The notes under the pieces are model-generated. The model was not told the origin of the DNA. It saw only the letters and a list, made by a program, of their open reading frames with translations, and did no database searches. From positions 124,001-188,000 of the forward strand of contig CBDAVP010000014.1 in assembly GCA_965201075.1 (NCBI GenBank): DNA of 64,000 nt, written 5' to 3'. This stretch comes from Isosphaeraceae bacterium. GTDB taxonomy: Bacteria; Planctomycetota; Planctomycetia; Isosphaerales; Isosphaeraceae. The position numbers were made by a program, and so were the translations under genes. Shown in pieces: positions 1 to 9,225 of this stretch (within the stretch, counting starts at the first letter, position 1; each line of letters starts with the position of its first letter).

Positions 1-843
1 GAGGTAATACTGGCTGTAGAGGTTGACGTTGTGCATGTCGATGCAGCCCATCTCGCCGAAGATCAACTGGACGCAGAAGCCCGCCTTGGCCTGGGCCAGA
101 CCCTTGACGTTGGCGAGCAGGTATTCGAAGACGGCGATGGTGTCCTTCTTCGCCACGAGGTTCATGACCGAACCGAAGATGGATTCCCTGCGGTTCCAGA
201 CATCGGTCACGCCGTCGTACTTGAAGCCGAAGATTTGCCCGCCGACCCCGTAACCACGGCGATACACCTTGCCCGTCTTGCTCGTCACCCTCAGGTTCGG
301 GTGGGACCCGGACGCCTGCCTGGCCATCATCTCGGTGAGCTTGGCCTCCAGTTCGCCGGGGGCCATCGGCCTGTCCTGGGAGTAGGCCATCAGGGCCGAC
401 ATGAGGAGCGGGAAGGTCTGCATGACCTGCATGAAATCGGCCCGGATTGTCAGGAGCACGAAGACGATCGCCGAGGCCATGTTCTCGGGGCTCGCCTGGG
501 GGAAGGCGGCGATGTACGGCTGGTCCCGGACGAAATGGCTCAGCAGCTTGGGCACGTCCTGGGCGTTCATGCCCTGAATACGTCCCAGGCTGTCCAGGGG
601 CACAAGGAAGTTCTGGTCCGGGCCTCGGATGATGCGGGGACCGCCGCCGGGCGGGGCGGGGAGGGCCCTGTCGAGGTGGCGGCCGGGGAAATGCAGAGGG
701 AAGTCCCTCTTGCCCGGCTCCAGGGTGATCGGCCCGCCGCTGGCCTCGAAGAACTCGACCACCAGGCGGTGGAGGGCGAGGATCCCTTCGATTGTCGGGT
801 CGTCGAGCCGGTCGGTCTCCTCAAGCCACTCCTTGAACTTCAT
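1..843 (-). CDS. Hypothetical protein, possible HhH-GPD/glycosylase-like C-terminal region; runs off left edge (missing from ORF track)
   Basis: Manually translated open frame from ATG 843 (MKFKEWLEETDRL...) to base 1 (...VKGLAQAKAGFCVQLIFGEMGCIDMHNVNLYSQYYL), no stop. GLxxxKA..F....G...IDxH resembles the HhH plus catalytic Asp pattern. Confidence 0.7.
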   Translation of the reverse strand, partial: MKFKEWLEETDRLDDPTIEGILALHRLVVEFFEASGGPITLEPGKRDFPLHFPGRHLDRALPAPPGGGPRIIRGPDQNFLVPLDSLGRIQGMNAQDVPKLLSHFVRDQPYIAAFPQASPENMASAIVFVLLTIRADFMQVMQTFPLLMSALMAYSQDRPMAPGELEAKLTEMMARQASGSHPNLRVTSKTGKVYRRGYGVGGQIFGFKYDGVTDVWNRRESIFGSVMNLVAKKDTIAVFEYLLANVKGLAQAKAGFCVQLIFGEMGCIDMHNVNLYSQYYL

Positions 844-969
844 GAACGTATCTACGTTCGACGGACCGTTTTTCCCTCTCGGGCGACTCGTTCGTCCGGG
901 GGGTCGGGCGGGCTGATGCCTCGCCTGCGGGGACCATGCGCCTCACCCGTCACGACGTCGAATTCGTCA

Positions 970-2553
970 TCAAGAGATCACTCGCCCCCCAAGCTGCCCG
1001 CTGCACTGGTCGACGATCTGGGCGGCGACCTGATTGACCCCGTAGCCACCCGGCAGCCGGACCATCGGTTTGCCGTGGTCGTCGCAGAACCGCTTGACCC
1101 CTTCGTACGAGTGGCTCGACCAGCGGATCGCCAGCAGCACTAGAACGACCTTCGGGCGGGCGACGTACGGCTCGAAGACGTCGATCGACTCGTGCTCCCT
1201 CGTCTCGAACCAGATCAGTTCGTCCAGCCCGAAGGCCGACTCGAGCGCCCGCTGGGCCTCGGGACGCCTCATGCCCCCGATCAGCAGCACGGTCTTGCCC
1301 TCCAACAGCCGGGCGACTTCGGCGACCTGGACGGTCGGGGCGTCGGCGGCCGTGGCCCCGGACGTCAACGTGCGGCCCGCCAGGTAGCGGTCGATTTCCC
1401 TGAACACGAGGTCGAAGCCTTGAGAGAACTCCTCCTCCTCGGGAAGCTTCTCCAGGACTGGCAGTAGGACCTCACGTACATCGACGCTGCTGGCCGGGAC
1501 ACCCAATCCCAGTAATTCGTCGATCGCCCCGGCGACCTTCCGCCAGTGGTGCAGGCCCTCGGTCCCCTCGCCGATCAACTTGGCGTGGTAGCGGAGCCGG
1601 CTCATGGCCGACTTTCTCCCCCTGGCCCGCCCCCGCACGTCATCGAACCTCTTGTCCAGGTCCTCCAGGCGGCCGTCGAAGTCGGGGTGGGCCGCCGGGT
1701 CGGCCGGGTCGTCAAGGCGCATGTGGCGGCGGATGTAGATTTGCTCCCTGGAGGCTACCCCACGAAGCCAGTCGTAGGCCCGGTACTGGTCGGGGTCCTG
1801 GGTGCGGTTGATCCGCTCGACGACCACTCGCAACGCCGACTGGGCCTCCGCCACCAGGTCGAGCGCCGGCTCGAAGAACTCCCGGTTGGCCTCGACGTCC
1901 GGCAGCATCCCCCGCACCAAGGCGACCGCATCGGCGACCGCCTCGAACCACCCGGCCACGCCCTCCAACGACGCCGGCTCACCGGGGGAGGCGAAGTCGG
2001 GGGAGTTCATCCAGAGGTAGCAGCCGATGTCGCCGGCCCGGTCGAGGATGTCCCGGTCCTTCGGGGCGATCTCGACCCGGAAGTCGGCCCCCTCATCCTT
2101 CAGGCGTCGTCGGGTGACCGCCCAGCGGATGCCCTCGGCCTTGAGACGGCAATGGGCTTCGACGGTGGCCAGGTCGGCGCCGGAGGTCGCCGGCCTGACG
2201 GACGTAGCCGGGGCGGGTGGCAGCGGCTCGGGCTCCGGGGGTCGAGACCGGCCGAGGGTGAGTTCCGGCAGGGGGAGGGGCTCCTGGACAATCTGGGGGA
2301 CCGCCGCCGTGATCTGCGGGACCTCCTCGACGGCCGGGGCGAGGACAAGCTCCGGCTCGACCCGTGCCTCTCCGTCGGCACCGTGGCCCCCCGGCACGGG
2401 CATGCGCACGGAAATCGCCGCTTGTCGCCCGGTGGCCGTAAGAACGGCCCCGGCAAGAGCCCGGAGCCTGTACCGGAGGTCGTCGTCCTGGGCCGCAAGG
2501 TCCACGAGCCGTTCGGCCAGGGCCGTGACCGCATCGATCAGTTCGTGGTCCAT
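970..2553 (-). CDS. Hypothetical protein with C-terminal DUF2325-like domain
   Basis: Long ORF; C-terminus GKTVLLIGG...VVLVLLAIRWSSH...FCDDHGKPMVRL is DUF2325-like; GAGGA SD before ATG 2553. Confidence 0.7.
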   Translation of the reverse strand: MDHELIDAVTALAERLVDLAAQDDDLRYRLRALAGAVLTATGRQAAISVRMPVPGGHGADGEARVEPELVLAPAVEEVPQITAAVPQIVQEPLPLPELTLGRSRPPEPEPLPPAPATSVRPATSGADLATVEAHCRLKAEGIRWAVTRRRLKDEGADFRVEIAPKDRDILDRAGDIGCYLWMNSPDFASPGEPASLEGVAGWFEAVADAVALVRGMLPDVEANREFFEPALDLVAEAQSALRVVVERINRTQDPDQYRAYDWLRGVASREQIYIRRHMRLDDPADPAAHPDFDGRLEDLDKRFDDVRGRARGRKSAMSRLRYHAKLIGEGTEGLHHWRKVAGAIDELLGLGVPASSVDVREVLLPVLEKLPEEEEFSQGFDLVFREIDRYLAGRTLTSGATAADAPTVQVAEVARLLEGKTVLLIGGMRRPEAQRALESAFGLDELIWFETREHESIDVFEPYVARPKVVLVLLAIRWSSHSYEGVKRFCDDHGKPMVRLPGGYGVNQVAAQIVDQCSGQLGGRVIS

Positions 2554-2958
2554 TGCCGGTCCTCGTCCCGCAGTCATGGTCAACCGGAGGCCCGTACGTC
2601 ACGCCGTTCGGCGAGGGCATTATGAATCTAGCCCCGCCTAGGGAACTGTAAACCGGATTGATGGGATGCCGAGGGTAAGGAGTCCCGGATCGTCCGTCGG
2701 CTGAGGCTGACGTTCGACATGAAGGGGACCCAAGCAACCATGTGGACCAAGGGCCTGCCCGGATGTCGCCCAAGAAAGGGACCCTCGGCGTAAGCCTCTC
2801 TAGGAGGGCCTGGGAGGGGACCCGTTGCAGCTTTCCAGTGGGAAGAAAAGGGGTAGTTGCTTTTGCAACGGCGGTGACATAAAGGCAGGGTGTTGAGACT
2901 CTTCGCTTACCGATCGGATAGACAAGCCCCGAGGATTACGACCTCGGGGCTGGATCGT

Positions 2959-3252
2959 TCAGTATTCTTCGGGCAGAAGCAGGCAGGTCGAGGCCCTCCG
3001 TCCGTCATCGTCGCAAGCTTCGGTGATGACCCAGAGTTTGGTCCTGGTCCGAGTAGCGTACGCCGACAGAATCCGTGAGCCGTCCACGAGGGCCTCATCG
3101 TTCAGCATGCGATCCTCGTCGTCGAGGTCGCCCCAGTCGCCAGCGAGGTGCCTCGACAGGAACTCGGCGGCCTGCTGGCCAGCCTCCCGAAGGGCCTCCA
3201 GAGCGCCGGGGGTGGCGACGACCTGCCCGAGATCGAACCTGACGCTGGTCAT
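2959..3252 (-). CDS. Conserved small plasmid/ICE hypothetical protein
   Basis: VATPGALEAL...RHLAGDWGDL...NDEAL..GSRILSAY...TCLLLPEEY, a pattern common in mobile elements; ATGA overlap with upstream gene. Confidence 0.8.
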   Translation of the reverse strand: MTSVRFDLGQVVATPGALEALREAGQQAAEFLSRHLAGDWGDLDDEDRMLNDEALVDGSRILSAYATRTRTKLWVITEACDDDGRRASTCLLLPEEY

Positions 3253-3464
3253 GCGGCCTCCACATTGTCCAAGAAATTATTGGTCTCGCCGTTGTAGAAC
3301 ACGAGGCGGCCTTCCAGGTCACTGACGGTCTCGATGCCCTCACCCTCGGCCATCCAGCCGAATGATCGACGGTCCATGTCGACGGGCTGGCGGGTCCCAT
3401 CGACGTCCAGCCAGACGACGATGATCGAACTGTGGTTCTCGACGCTGCTGATGGTGCCTTCCAT
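3249..3464 (-). CDS. Small hypothetical protein
   Basis: GAGGAG SD before ATG 3464 (MEGTISSVE...); stop overlaps the next start; upstream motif copy at 3501. Confidence 0.65.
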   Translation of the reverse strand: MEGTISSVENHSSIIVVWLDVDGTRQPVDMDRRSFGWMAEGEGIETVSDLEGRLVFYNGETNNFLDNVEAA

Positions 3465-3614
3465 CTGCTCCTCCTCTCGGTCCTCGGTCAGCCCGACCAC
3501 CAGGATGCAGGCCCTCTTGCCGCCCTCAGGCCCGGAGACGCCCGAGGGGCGACGATCGCCCCTCTTGTGAACGGAGCGGCCCCGGATAGGAGCCTTCCCG
3601 GCTGACTGGCAAGT

Positions 3615-3815
3615 TCACCATTCGCCGCACGCCCGACAGAGCCAAAGCTCCTCGCCCGTCTCCCGGTCCGTCGCCCAGAGGTCAACGTCGGGCGTGGCCA
3701 GGCCGCAGCTATCGCAGTCGTGGTCCTCGGCGACCTCGTACGACCGATCCGTGGATGCGAACTCCAGTGTGGCCAAGTCCATCACCCCGTCGAGCAAGCT
3801 GGCGATCATCGTCAT
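3615..3815 (-). CDS. Small zinc-ribbon-like hypothetical protein
   Basis: CDSC...LCRAC pair of CxxC motifs; upstream motif copy at 3855. Confidence 0.55.
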   Translation of the reverse strand: MTMIASLLDGVMDLATLEFASTDRSYEVAEDHDCDSCGLATPDVDLWATDRETGEELWLCRACGEW

Positions 3816-3883
3816 CCCCGGTCCCCTTCGAGTCGGTCACTTCTCCACACCATTCAGGGTGCCCTCCGTCTTGGCGGCCGACC

Positions 3884-4105
3884 TCATCGGCCCGACTTCA
3901 TCGGGTACGCTGAATCGATGCCCAGGCCGACGATGAACAGCGTGTTCCCAACTGAGATAGATCGCTCCAATCGGATTTCGTCGCCACTCCGTCGAGCCTC
4001 CTCAACCATCTCCTCGAAGATTTCGCCGAGCAGGTGCAGGATGCTGCCCGCTGTGAACGACCTCAACATTCGCTTGAGTTGCCGCCTGGCCGTATCGTCC
4101 GTCAT
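3884..4105 (-). CDS. Small hypothetical protein (start uncertain)
   Basis: ORF MTDDTARRQLKRML...; upstream motif copy at 4153. Confidence 0.55.
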   Translation of the reverse strand: MTDDTARRQLKRMLRSFTAGSILHLLGEIFEEMVEEARRSGDEIRLERSISVGNTLFIVGLGIDSAYPMKSGR

Positions 4106-4225
4106 CTCGCCGGCCTCGGGGCCCTTGAAACCAATCACCTCGTCACGCTCAGCAGGGTTCAAACACTGTTCGACTAAGTTGACAAGGAAAAGGGGGCCAG
4201 AGGCCCCCTGAGCGTCCCGATCGAG

Positions 4226-4693
4226 TCAGCACCCGTAGATGAGCCCGTCGTCGCCGATGTAGAGGGTGAACTCGCCGAACTCCTTGGCCAGCTTGTCGAG
4301 CCCCTCGGCGAGTCCCTTCGGCCAATCCCCATCCCAGTAACCACATCCATGTCCGCTGCGGGTGAGCCACAAGTCGTGCCCGGCGTAGGCCATTACTGAG
4401 CACTCGACCCCGCCCGGAAGGGACCATTTCCCATCGGCTTCGAGACGCTCGGCGATAGCGATGAGCTTGCCGCCGAGCTTGTGATTCAGGAACGCCACGC
4501 AGTCGGCTTTCATCCGGGCGAGCGTCTCGTGGGCGATGTCACCCTCGCCATAGTTCTTGTCGAGCGATTCGCCCCCGCTGTCGTCGGCGTTGTCCATAGA
4601 GGACCAGAGGGCCGCCTCGATGTAGGCGTCGAAGAACTCTTCCAGGCCCTCGAACTCGGTCTCGGCGACAATCTCGGTCACTGCCTCGGTCAT
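4226..4693 (-). CDS. Acidic phage-like hypothetical protein
   Basis: FFDAYIEAALWSS...GHDLWLTRSGHGCGYWD motifs typical of phage/MGE hypotheticals; upstream motif copy at 4731. Confidence 0.75.
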   Translation of the reverse strand: MTEAVTEIVAETEFEGLEEFFDAYIEAALWSSMDNADDSGGESLDKNYGEGDIAHETLARMKADCVAFLNHKLGGKLIAIAERLEADGKWSLPGGVECSVMAYAGHDLWLTRSGHGCGYWDGDWPKGLAEGLDKLAKEFGEFTLYIGDDGLIYGC

Positions 4694-4934
4694 CTTGGCG
4701 TCCCTGGAGTCGTCGTTGCCTCACGATCATCAGGGTGTGAAGACTCAATTCTTGGCTTCCGCCCGGCTCACCTGGGGGTGACGCCGAGCCACAAGGCGTC
4801 CTGATCCTCTTCTGCGGGACGGCCGAACCAACGGTCCACGATCAATGGGAGAAATCCGCCTCAGCCCGGGCAGGATCACAAAATTGTGCGGCTGTTGGTC
4901 GCCGGGGACACTCGTCTCGTCCCCGGCCGTCCTA

Positions 4935-5843
4935 TCAGCCCGTCAACCGCTGGTTGGCGTTCTCGGCGAACGCCCGGTCCCAGTCCTTACCCATGCTCTC
5001 GTCAGTCCGCTTTCCCGCCAGGAAGTCCAGCAATTGGGCGGCGAGCTTGTGGCCGGGGTCGGCGGGCCCGGTCTTGCCTTCCAAGAAGGCCCGCAACTGC
5101 TTCAGCGTCCGGGGCACCGGACCGCCCACGCCGCTCGCCTGGTGCGTCTCCTGCCGCTTCTGTCGGACCTTGGCGGCGGTGATCTTCTCGCCGGAGTTGC
5201 TCAGGGAGTCGAAAACGGCAGCTTGTTGATTGCCTGGCAGCCTGACGATTTCGAGGGCGGCGGCGACCGGCGTCTGCCCACTGGCCACGCTCGCCTGGAT
5301 TTTCGAGGGGAGCATCACGAGATCCAGGAGGTTGCGGCACCAGGCTTTTGGCTTCTTCAGTCGCCCTGCCACCTGCTTCAGGTCGAGCCCATAATCCTCC
5401 GTCAGAGCCCGGATGGCGTGGGCCATCTGCACGGGCCTGGGGTCCTCCCTCTGAAGATTTTCGGACAGGTTGACGAGCGCCGCCTCGGAGTCGGACAGCC
5501 GAGAGACGGTGTACTTGACCTTGAAGTCGGGGCAGGTGCCGCTCTCAGCGAGCCAGAGGGCAGCCCTCATCCTCCTGAACCCGCCGACGACCTCCAGACG
5601 CCGGTCGGGCAGCGGACGGGTGAGGATCGGATTCAGTTGGCCCGAGGAGCCATCCTCGGCGTCCCCCTGGCCCTTCTTGGGCATCATGTCCCTGGCCAGT
5701 TCGATCAGGGCGTCATCGACGGGCGGTTCCTCGCCGTTGCGGCTGAGGTTCTTCTTCCAGTCCACGACCAGCGCCGTCGGTGAGACCAAGAAGATGTCGC
5801 TACGAGTAACTTTGTGGCCGTCGGTCTCTGCGGTAAACGCCAT
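4935..5843 (-). CDS. ParB/Spo0J-like protein
   Basis: GQLNPIL...VVGGFRRMRAA...NLSENLQREDP and HTH (YGLDLKQVAGRLKKPKAWCRNLL). Confidence 0.85.
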   Translation of the reverse strand: MAFTAETDGHKVTRSDIFLVSPTALVVDWKKNLSRNGEEPPVDDALIELARDMMPKKGQGDAEDGSSGQLNPILTRPLPDRRLEVVGGFRRMRAALWLAESGTCPDFKVKYTVSRLSDSEAALVNLSENLQREDPRPVQMAHAIRALTEDYGLDLKQVAGRLKKPKAWCRNLLDLVMLPSKIQASVASGQTPVAAALEIVRLPGNQQAAVFDSLSNSGEKITAAKVRQKRQETHQASGVGGPVPRTLKQLRAFLEGKTGPADPGHKLAAQLLDFLAGKRTDESMGKDWDRAFAENANQRLTG

Positions 5844-5968
5844 CGGGGTTCCTCAAGGGGTCGGGATCAGCGGCCCTCTATCGTTGGGACCGCTTGACAA
5901 CGATCAGGGTGTAGACCTTCTTGGCTCGACGAGTATGACGAAAATGGACTTGCGAGCCTTCGGTCGGC

Positions 5969-6184
5969 TCAGTGCATGATCTCCCTGAGTTCGTCCCGCA
6001 TCTCACGGATCGCCCCCTCCAGATTCTTGATCGCACACCTCACAGACTGGTCGACGTTGTCCTCGTCGAGTTGGTGGACGAGGTAGTCCCGGAGCGATCG
6101 GCCCGCATCGCCACGCTCACCCAGGCGGCTCATGGCCCGTTTGATCGATTCCAATTGGGAGGGGGTGGCCTGTCGCTGCGGCAT
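5969..6184 (-). CDS. Small hypothetical protein
   Basis: 71-aa ORF with AGGAG SD; upstream motif copy at 6224. Confidence 0.6.
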   Translation of the reverse strand: MPQRQATPSQLESIKRAMSRLGERGDAGRSLRDYLVHQLDEDNVDQSVRCAIKNLEGAIREMRDELREIMH

Positions 6185-6257
6185 CTTGTTCTCCTGGTCT
6201 CCGAAGTCGTCGTCCTCGAAAACCAGGGTGCTGAGCCTGTTGGCTCTCCGAAAAACG

Positions 6258-6288
6258 AGAAAAGCCGCCCAGTCGTCGCTGGGCGGCT
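6258..6288 (-). terminator. Probable intrinsic terminator after the original ArdC stop
   Basis: AGCCGCCCAG-tcgtcg-CTGGGCGGCT hairpin followed by a T run on the minus strand. Confidence 0.6.
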
Positions 6289-6366
6289 CGACGTTTTCAA
6301 GAGGTTGTGCGATCGGTCAGCCGACGAGGGCCGCCTCCGGCTCCTCGGCCTCCTCTCGGGGCCTAG

Positions 6367-7226
6367 AGCGTGTTATGAACTTTAGCCCCGTCACAGTCGT
6401 AGTTTAGGGTATGACTACCCACAAATCTTACCCCAGCGACGTGTCCGACGCCGAATGGCAATTCGTTGTCCCGTACCTCTGCCTCCTGCCCGAGGACGCC
6501 GGCCAGCGGGTCCACAACCTCCGGGACATCTTCGATGCCCTGCGGTGGATGGTCCGCTCCGGCTCCCCCTGGCGTTACCTGCCCAAGGACTTCCCCCCCT
6601 GGGCGATGGTCTATCAGCAGACCCGTCGCTGGATCGCCGCCGGCTGCTTCGAGGCGATCGTCCACGACCTGAGGGCCATCCTCCGCTTCGCCGACGGCCG
6701 GTCTCCCGAGCCCACGGCGGTGGTCCTGGACAGTCGCACGATCCAGTCGACCTGCGAGAGCGGCCCCCGGGCCGGCTACGACGGCTACAAGCGTCGCAAG
6801 GGCTCCAAGGTCCACATGGCCGTGGATACCCTGGGGCACCTGCTGGCCCTGCACGTCACGCCGGCCGACCAGCAGGACCGGGCCCAGGTGGCGAGGTTGG
6901 CCGAGGCGGTGCAACAGCTCACCGGAGAGTCGGTGCAGATCGCCTTCGTCGACCAGGGCTACACCGGGGAGCAGGCCGATACCGACGCGGCGAGCTTCGA
7001 CATCCACCTGGAGGTGGTCAAGCTGCCCGAGGCGAAGAAGGGCTTCGTGCTGCTGCCCCGGCGTTGGGTGGTGGAGCGGTCCTTCGGCTGGATGGCCCGG
7101 TTCCGCCGGTTGGCCCGAGACTACGAGCGACTGGGTTCTACGCTGGCGGGCCTGCATTACGTCGCCTTTAGTGTGCTGATGTTGCGGAAAGCGGCCCCGC
7201 TGTTTGACTGGAGTTCATAACACGCT
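6367..7226 (+). mobile_element. IS5-family insertion sequence
   Basis: Perfect 15-bp terminal IRs AGCGTGTTATGAACT (6367-6381, 7212-7226) flanked by CTAG on both sides (6363-6366, 7227-7230). Confidence 0.95.
6411..7220 (+). CDS. IS5-family DDE transposase
   Basis: [23 protein letters not shown]..., [24 protein letters not shown] motifs. Confidence 0.95.
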   Translation: MTTHKSYPSDVSDAEWQFVVPYLCLLPEDAGQRVHNLRDIFDALRWMVRSGSPWRYLPKDFPPWAMVYQQTRRWIAAGCFEAIVHDLRAILRFADGRSPEPTAVVLDSRTIQSTCESGPRAGYDGYKRRKGSKVHMAVDTLGHLLALHVTPADQQDRAQVARLAEAVQQLTGESVQIAFVDQGYTGEQADTDAASFDIHLEVVKLPEAKKGFVLLPRRWVVERSFGWMARFRRLARDYERLGSTLAGLHYVAFSVLMLRKAAPLFDWSS

Positions 7227-8110
7227 CTAGAAAACGACAAAACATGGTCGGCGGCCTTCGAGGCGGCGGTCGAGATTCTTAGGATGCAGTTCACGTCGTC
7301 CCGGAGGGCCGCCAGCCACCAGGACAGATAGCTCTGGCAGTTCCTCAGGTCATCGCTTTGGGGGACGCCCAGTTCGGCGAGCAGGTAGGCCGAGGCTATC
7401 TCCGCTCGGAGTTCCCCGAGGGCGTAGGTGCCGGTCCAGTTGAGCCGGACCTCCGACCAGTGGGCGAGTTCGTGCATGGCCGTACTGTAGTATTCCTTCT
7501 CCTCCCCGAACTGATGCTTGAAGGGCAACTGGATGAAGTCCCCTCCGATTCCGTCGTTCGCCCTTCGGTAGAAGGCCCTATCGCCGCCGTGGCGGATGTC
7601 GGCCCCGGTTGCCTCGATGGCCTGCTCGACTGGCTCGAAGTCCACGAAGCCGTCGTTGACGGGCTCGTCAACCACTCGCCAGCGTCCCGCACCGTCCACC
7701 TGATCGGCATTGAACAAGGTGAACGTTCTGAGCAGGGGGAAGGCCCGTTCCTTCTCCTCGCCGCTCTTCTTGTCGATCTCCGTCTTGACGATCGGCTTGT
7801 ACAGGATGGCCGTGGTACCCCAGGCGCCGGGGTTGACGTCCGAGGGCCTCGCTTTGACGGAGCAACCGAGGTCCTTCCACTGATTGAACGTGCCCCAGAA
7901 CTTCGATTTGAAGCCGTGGCGGTTGGCGGCGCACTGGAGGAGCAGCGGGTTTATGCCGGTATACTTCCGTTCGGTGGCGGCGTTGGTGGGCAGGCCCCGG
8001 CCATTCGGGCTCGCCGCCCAGGGCATCCGCCAGGGGGGCAGGCCGCCCTTTTCGAGGGCCTCGATGATCTGGGCGGTGATCTTCGTGCGGATCTCAGTCT
8101 GACTGGGCAT
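7157..8110 (-). CDS. ardC: ArdC-family antirestriction/ssDNA-binding protein with zincin-like domain; C-terminus altered by IS5
   Basis: [53 protein letters not shown]. Confidence 0.9.
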   Translation of the reverse strand: MPSQTEIRTKITAQIIEALEKGGLPPWRMPWAASPNGRGLPTNAATERKYTGINPLLLQCAANRHGFKSKFWGTFNQWKDLGCSVKARPSDVNPGAWGTTAILYKPIVKTEIDKKSGEEKERAFPLLRTFTLFNADQVDGAGRWRVVDEPVNDGFVDFEPVEQAIEATGADIRHGGDRAFYRRANDGIGGDFIQLPFKHQFGEEKEYYSTAMHELAHWSEVRLNWTGTYALGELRAEIASAYLLAELGVPQSDDLRNCQSYLSWWLAALRDDVNCILRISTAASKAADHVLSFSRACYELQSNSGAAFRNISTLKAT

Positions 8111-8330
8111 CGTGTCGCTCCTGTCTTGTGCTCGGCGGTCCACACAAGACAGGGCGCTGAGACTATTAGCGCATCCCCTCGCCCCACGACCCAGCCGCAG
8201 GCTACGCCAGGCCGAGCATCCACGAGCATGGACGCCAGGCCATGCGGCTCCGTGTACTACATCAGGGCGACAACAGGAGCATTCAAAGCCGGTTCAGATC
8301 GACAAAATATCTGCGAGCGCCTGGTCCCTG

Positions 8331-8504
8331 CTAATAGAAGAACCATGAGGCTACCAGCCGACCGATAAGAGTCAGGATGGCCATCATCAGCACGAAGCCC
8401 ACGACGGCCAGGATGACCGGAGCCAGGGCTATTAGCAGCCCGACGAGCATCGCCCCTGCCCAGACGACGAGTAGCCCCGCTATCAACTTTCCGAGGACGT
8501 CCAT
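8331..8504 (-). CDS. Small two-TM membrane protein
   Basis: 57-aa hydrophobic ORF starting 1 nt after the upstream stop. Confidence 0.55.
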   Translation of the reverse strand: MDVLGKLIAGLLVVWAGAMLVGLLIALAPVILAVVGFVLMMAILTLIGRLVASWFFY

Positions 8505-8505
8505 A

Positions 8506-8913
8506 TCAGCGTCCCCCATCGAGGCTAATAACCGGGACGACGACCTCGACGAGCGAGTCCGGCGTGGGGCCGGTGCCGAATCGCTCGTGATCGACGCCGA
8601 CGACCAGGGCGTCCCGGAGGTAACGCTCGACATCTTGCCGAGACACCGACTCGTCGGCGTGGACCCGGACGAGGATGGTCATCATGTATAGCTGCTTCGC
8701 CTCGTGCCGCCTGAGGTGGCTTTGGATCAGGCGCTCGACAAGCTTGCCCACGTCGTCGGGGGCGTGATACAGACGGGCTTTGGATAGTAGGCGGGACCAG
8801 CCCCGGCCCGTCCAGAAATGGGGAACGAGGCAGCGGTTGTCCCGGATGACAAAACGGGGGTGCTCGGGCGGGCCGAGCAGGCGGATCTTGAACGGGGCGC
8901 AGCGGCGGGGCAT
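8506..8913 (-). CDS. Hypothetical protein
   Basis: 135-aa ORF, GGAG SD, upstream motif copy at 8950. Confidence 0.6.
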   Translation of the reverse strand: MPRRCAPFKIRLLGPPEHPRFVIRDNRCLVPHFWTGRGWSRLLSKARLYHAPDDVGKLVERLIQSHLRRHEAKQLYMMTILVRVHADESVSRQDVERYLRDALVVGVDHERFGTGPTPDSLVEVVVPVISLDGGR

Positions 8914-9225
8914 CTGGCGGCTCCCTGGCGGTGATGTCGGTTCTCCAGGCAGGGTGCTACGACTCTTCGATCGCCATCTCTGTTCCAGGCGTCCTCTGGG
9001 CTAGCCGACCCCGGCCCCCACGATTTCGCCAGGCCATATCGAGGGCTTCCGGGATAGTTCAGCCCTTTCTCGTTGACTTCTGGACACCCGTCCAGAGATA
9101 CTTAGCGATGCCCGAGGTAGGGCAGAGGCGGTTCAGCCGAACGAGGCGGTCGGGGAGCGCCCTCTCGAACCTGGCCCGGACGACCTCGCAAGCGGCCTCG
9201 GCCGTGCCGAGCGGGAGCCGTCCCG

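Larger units (their letters stand above)
2886..8971 (-). promoter_or_regulatory. Nine dispersed copies of a 22-bp motif (plus strand CAGGGTG-N7-TNTT-N-GC) upstream of leftward genes
   Basis: Copies start at 2886, 3501, 3855, 4153, 4731, 5905, 6224, 8150 and 8950; eight lie 37-62 nt upstream of a start codon. Confidence 0.7.

Noticed and set aside
31..1143. 370-aa plus-strand ORF
   Set aside because: Antisense shadow of the minus-strand genes 1-843 and 970-2553.
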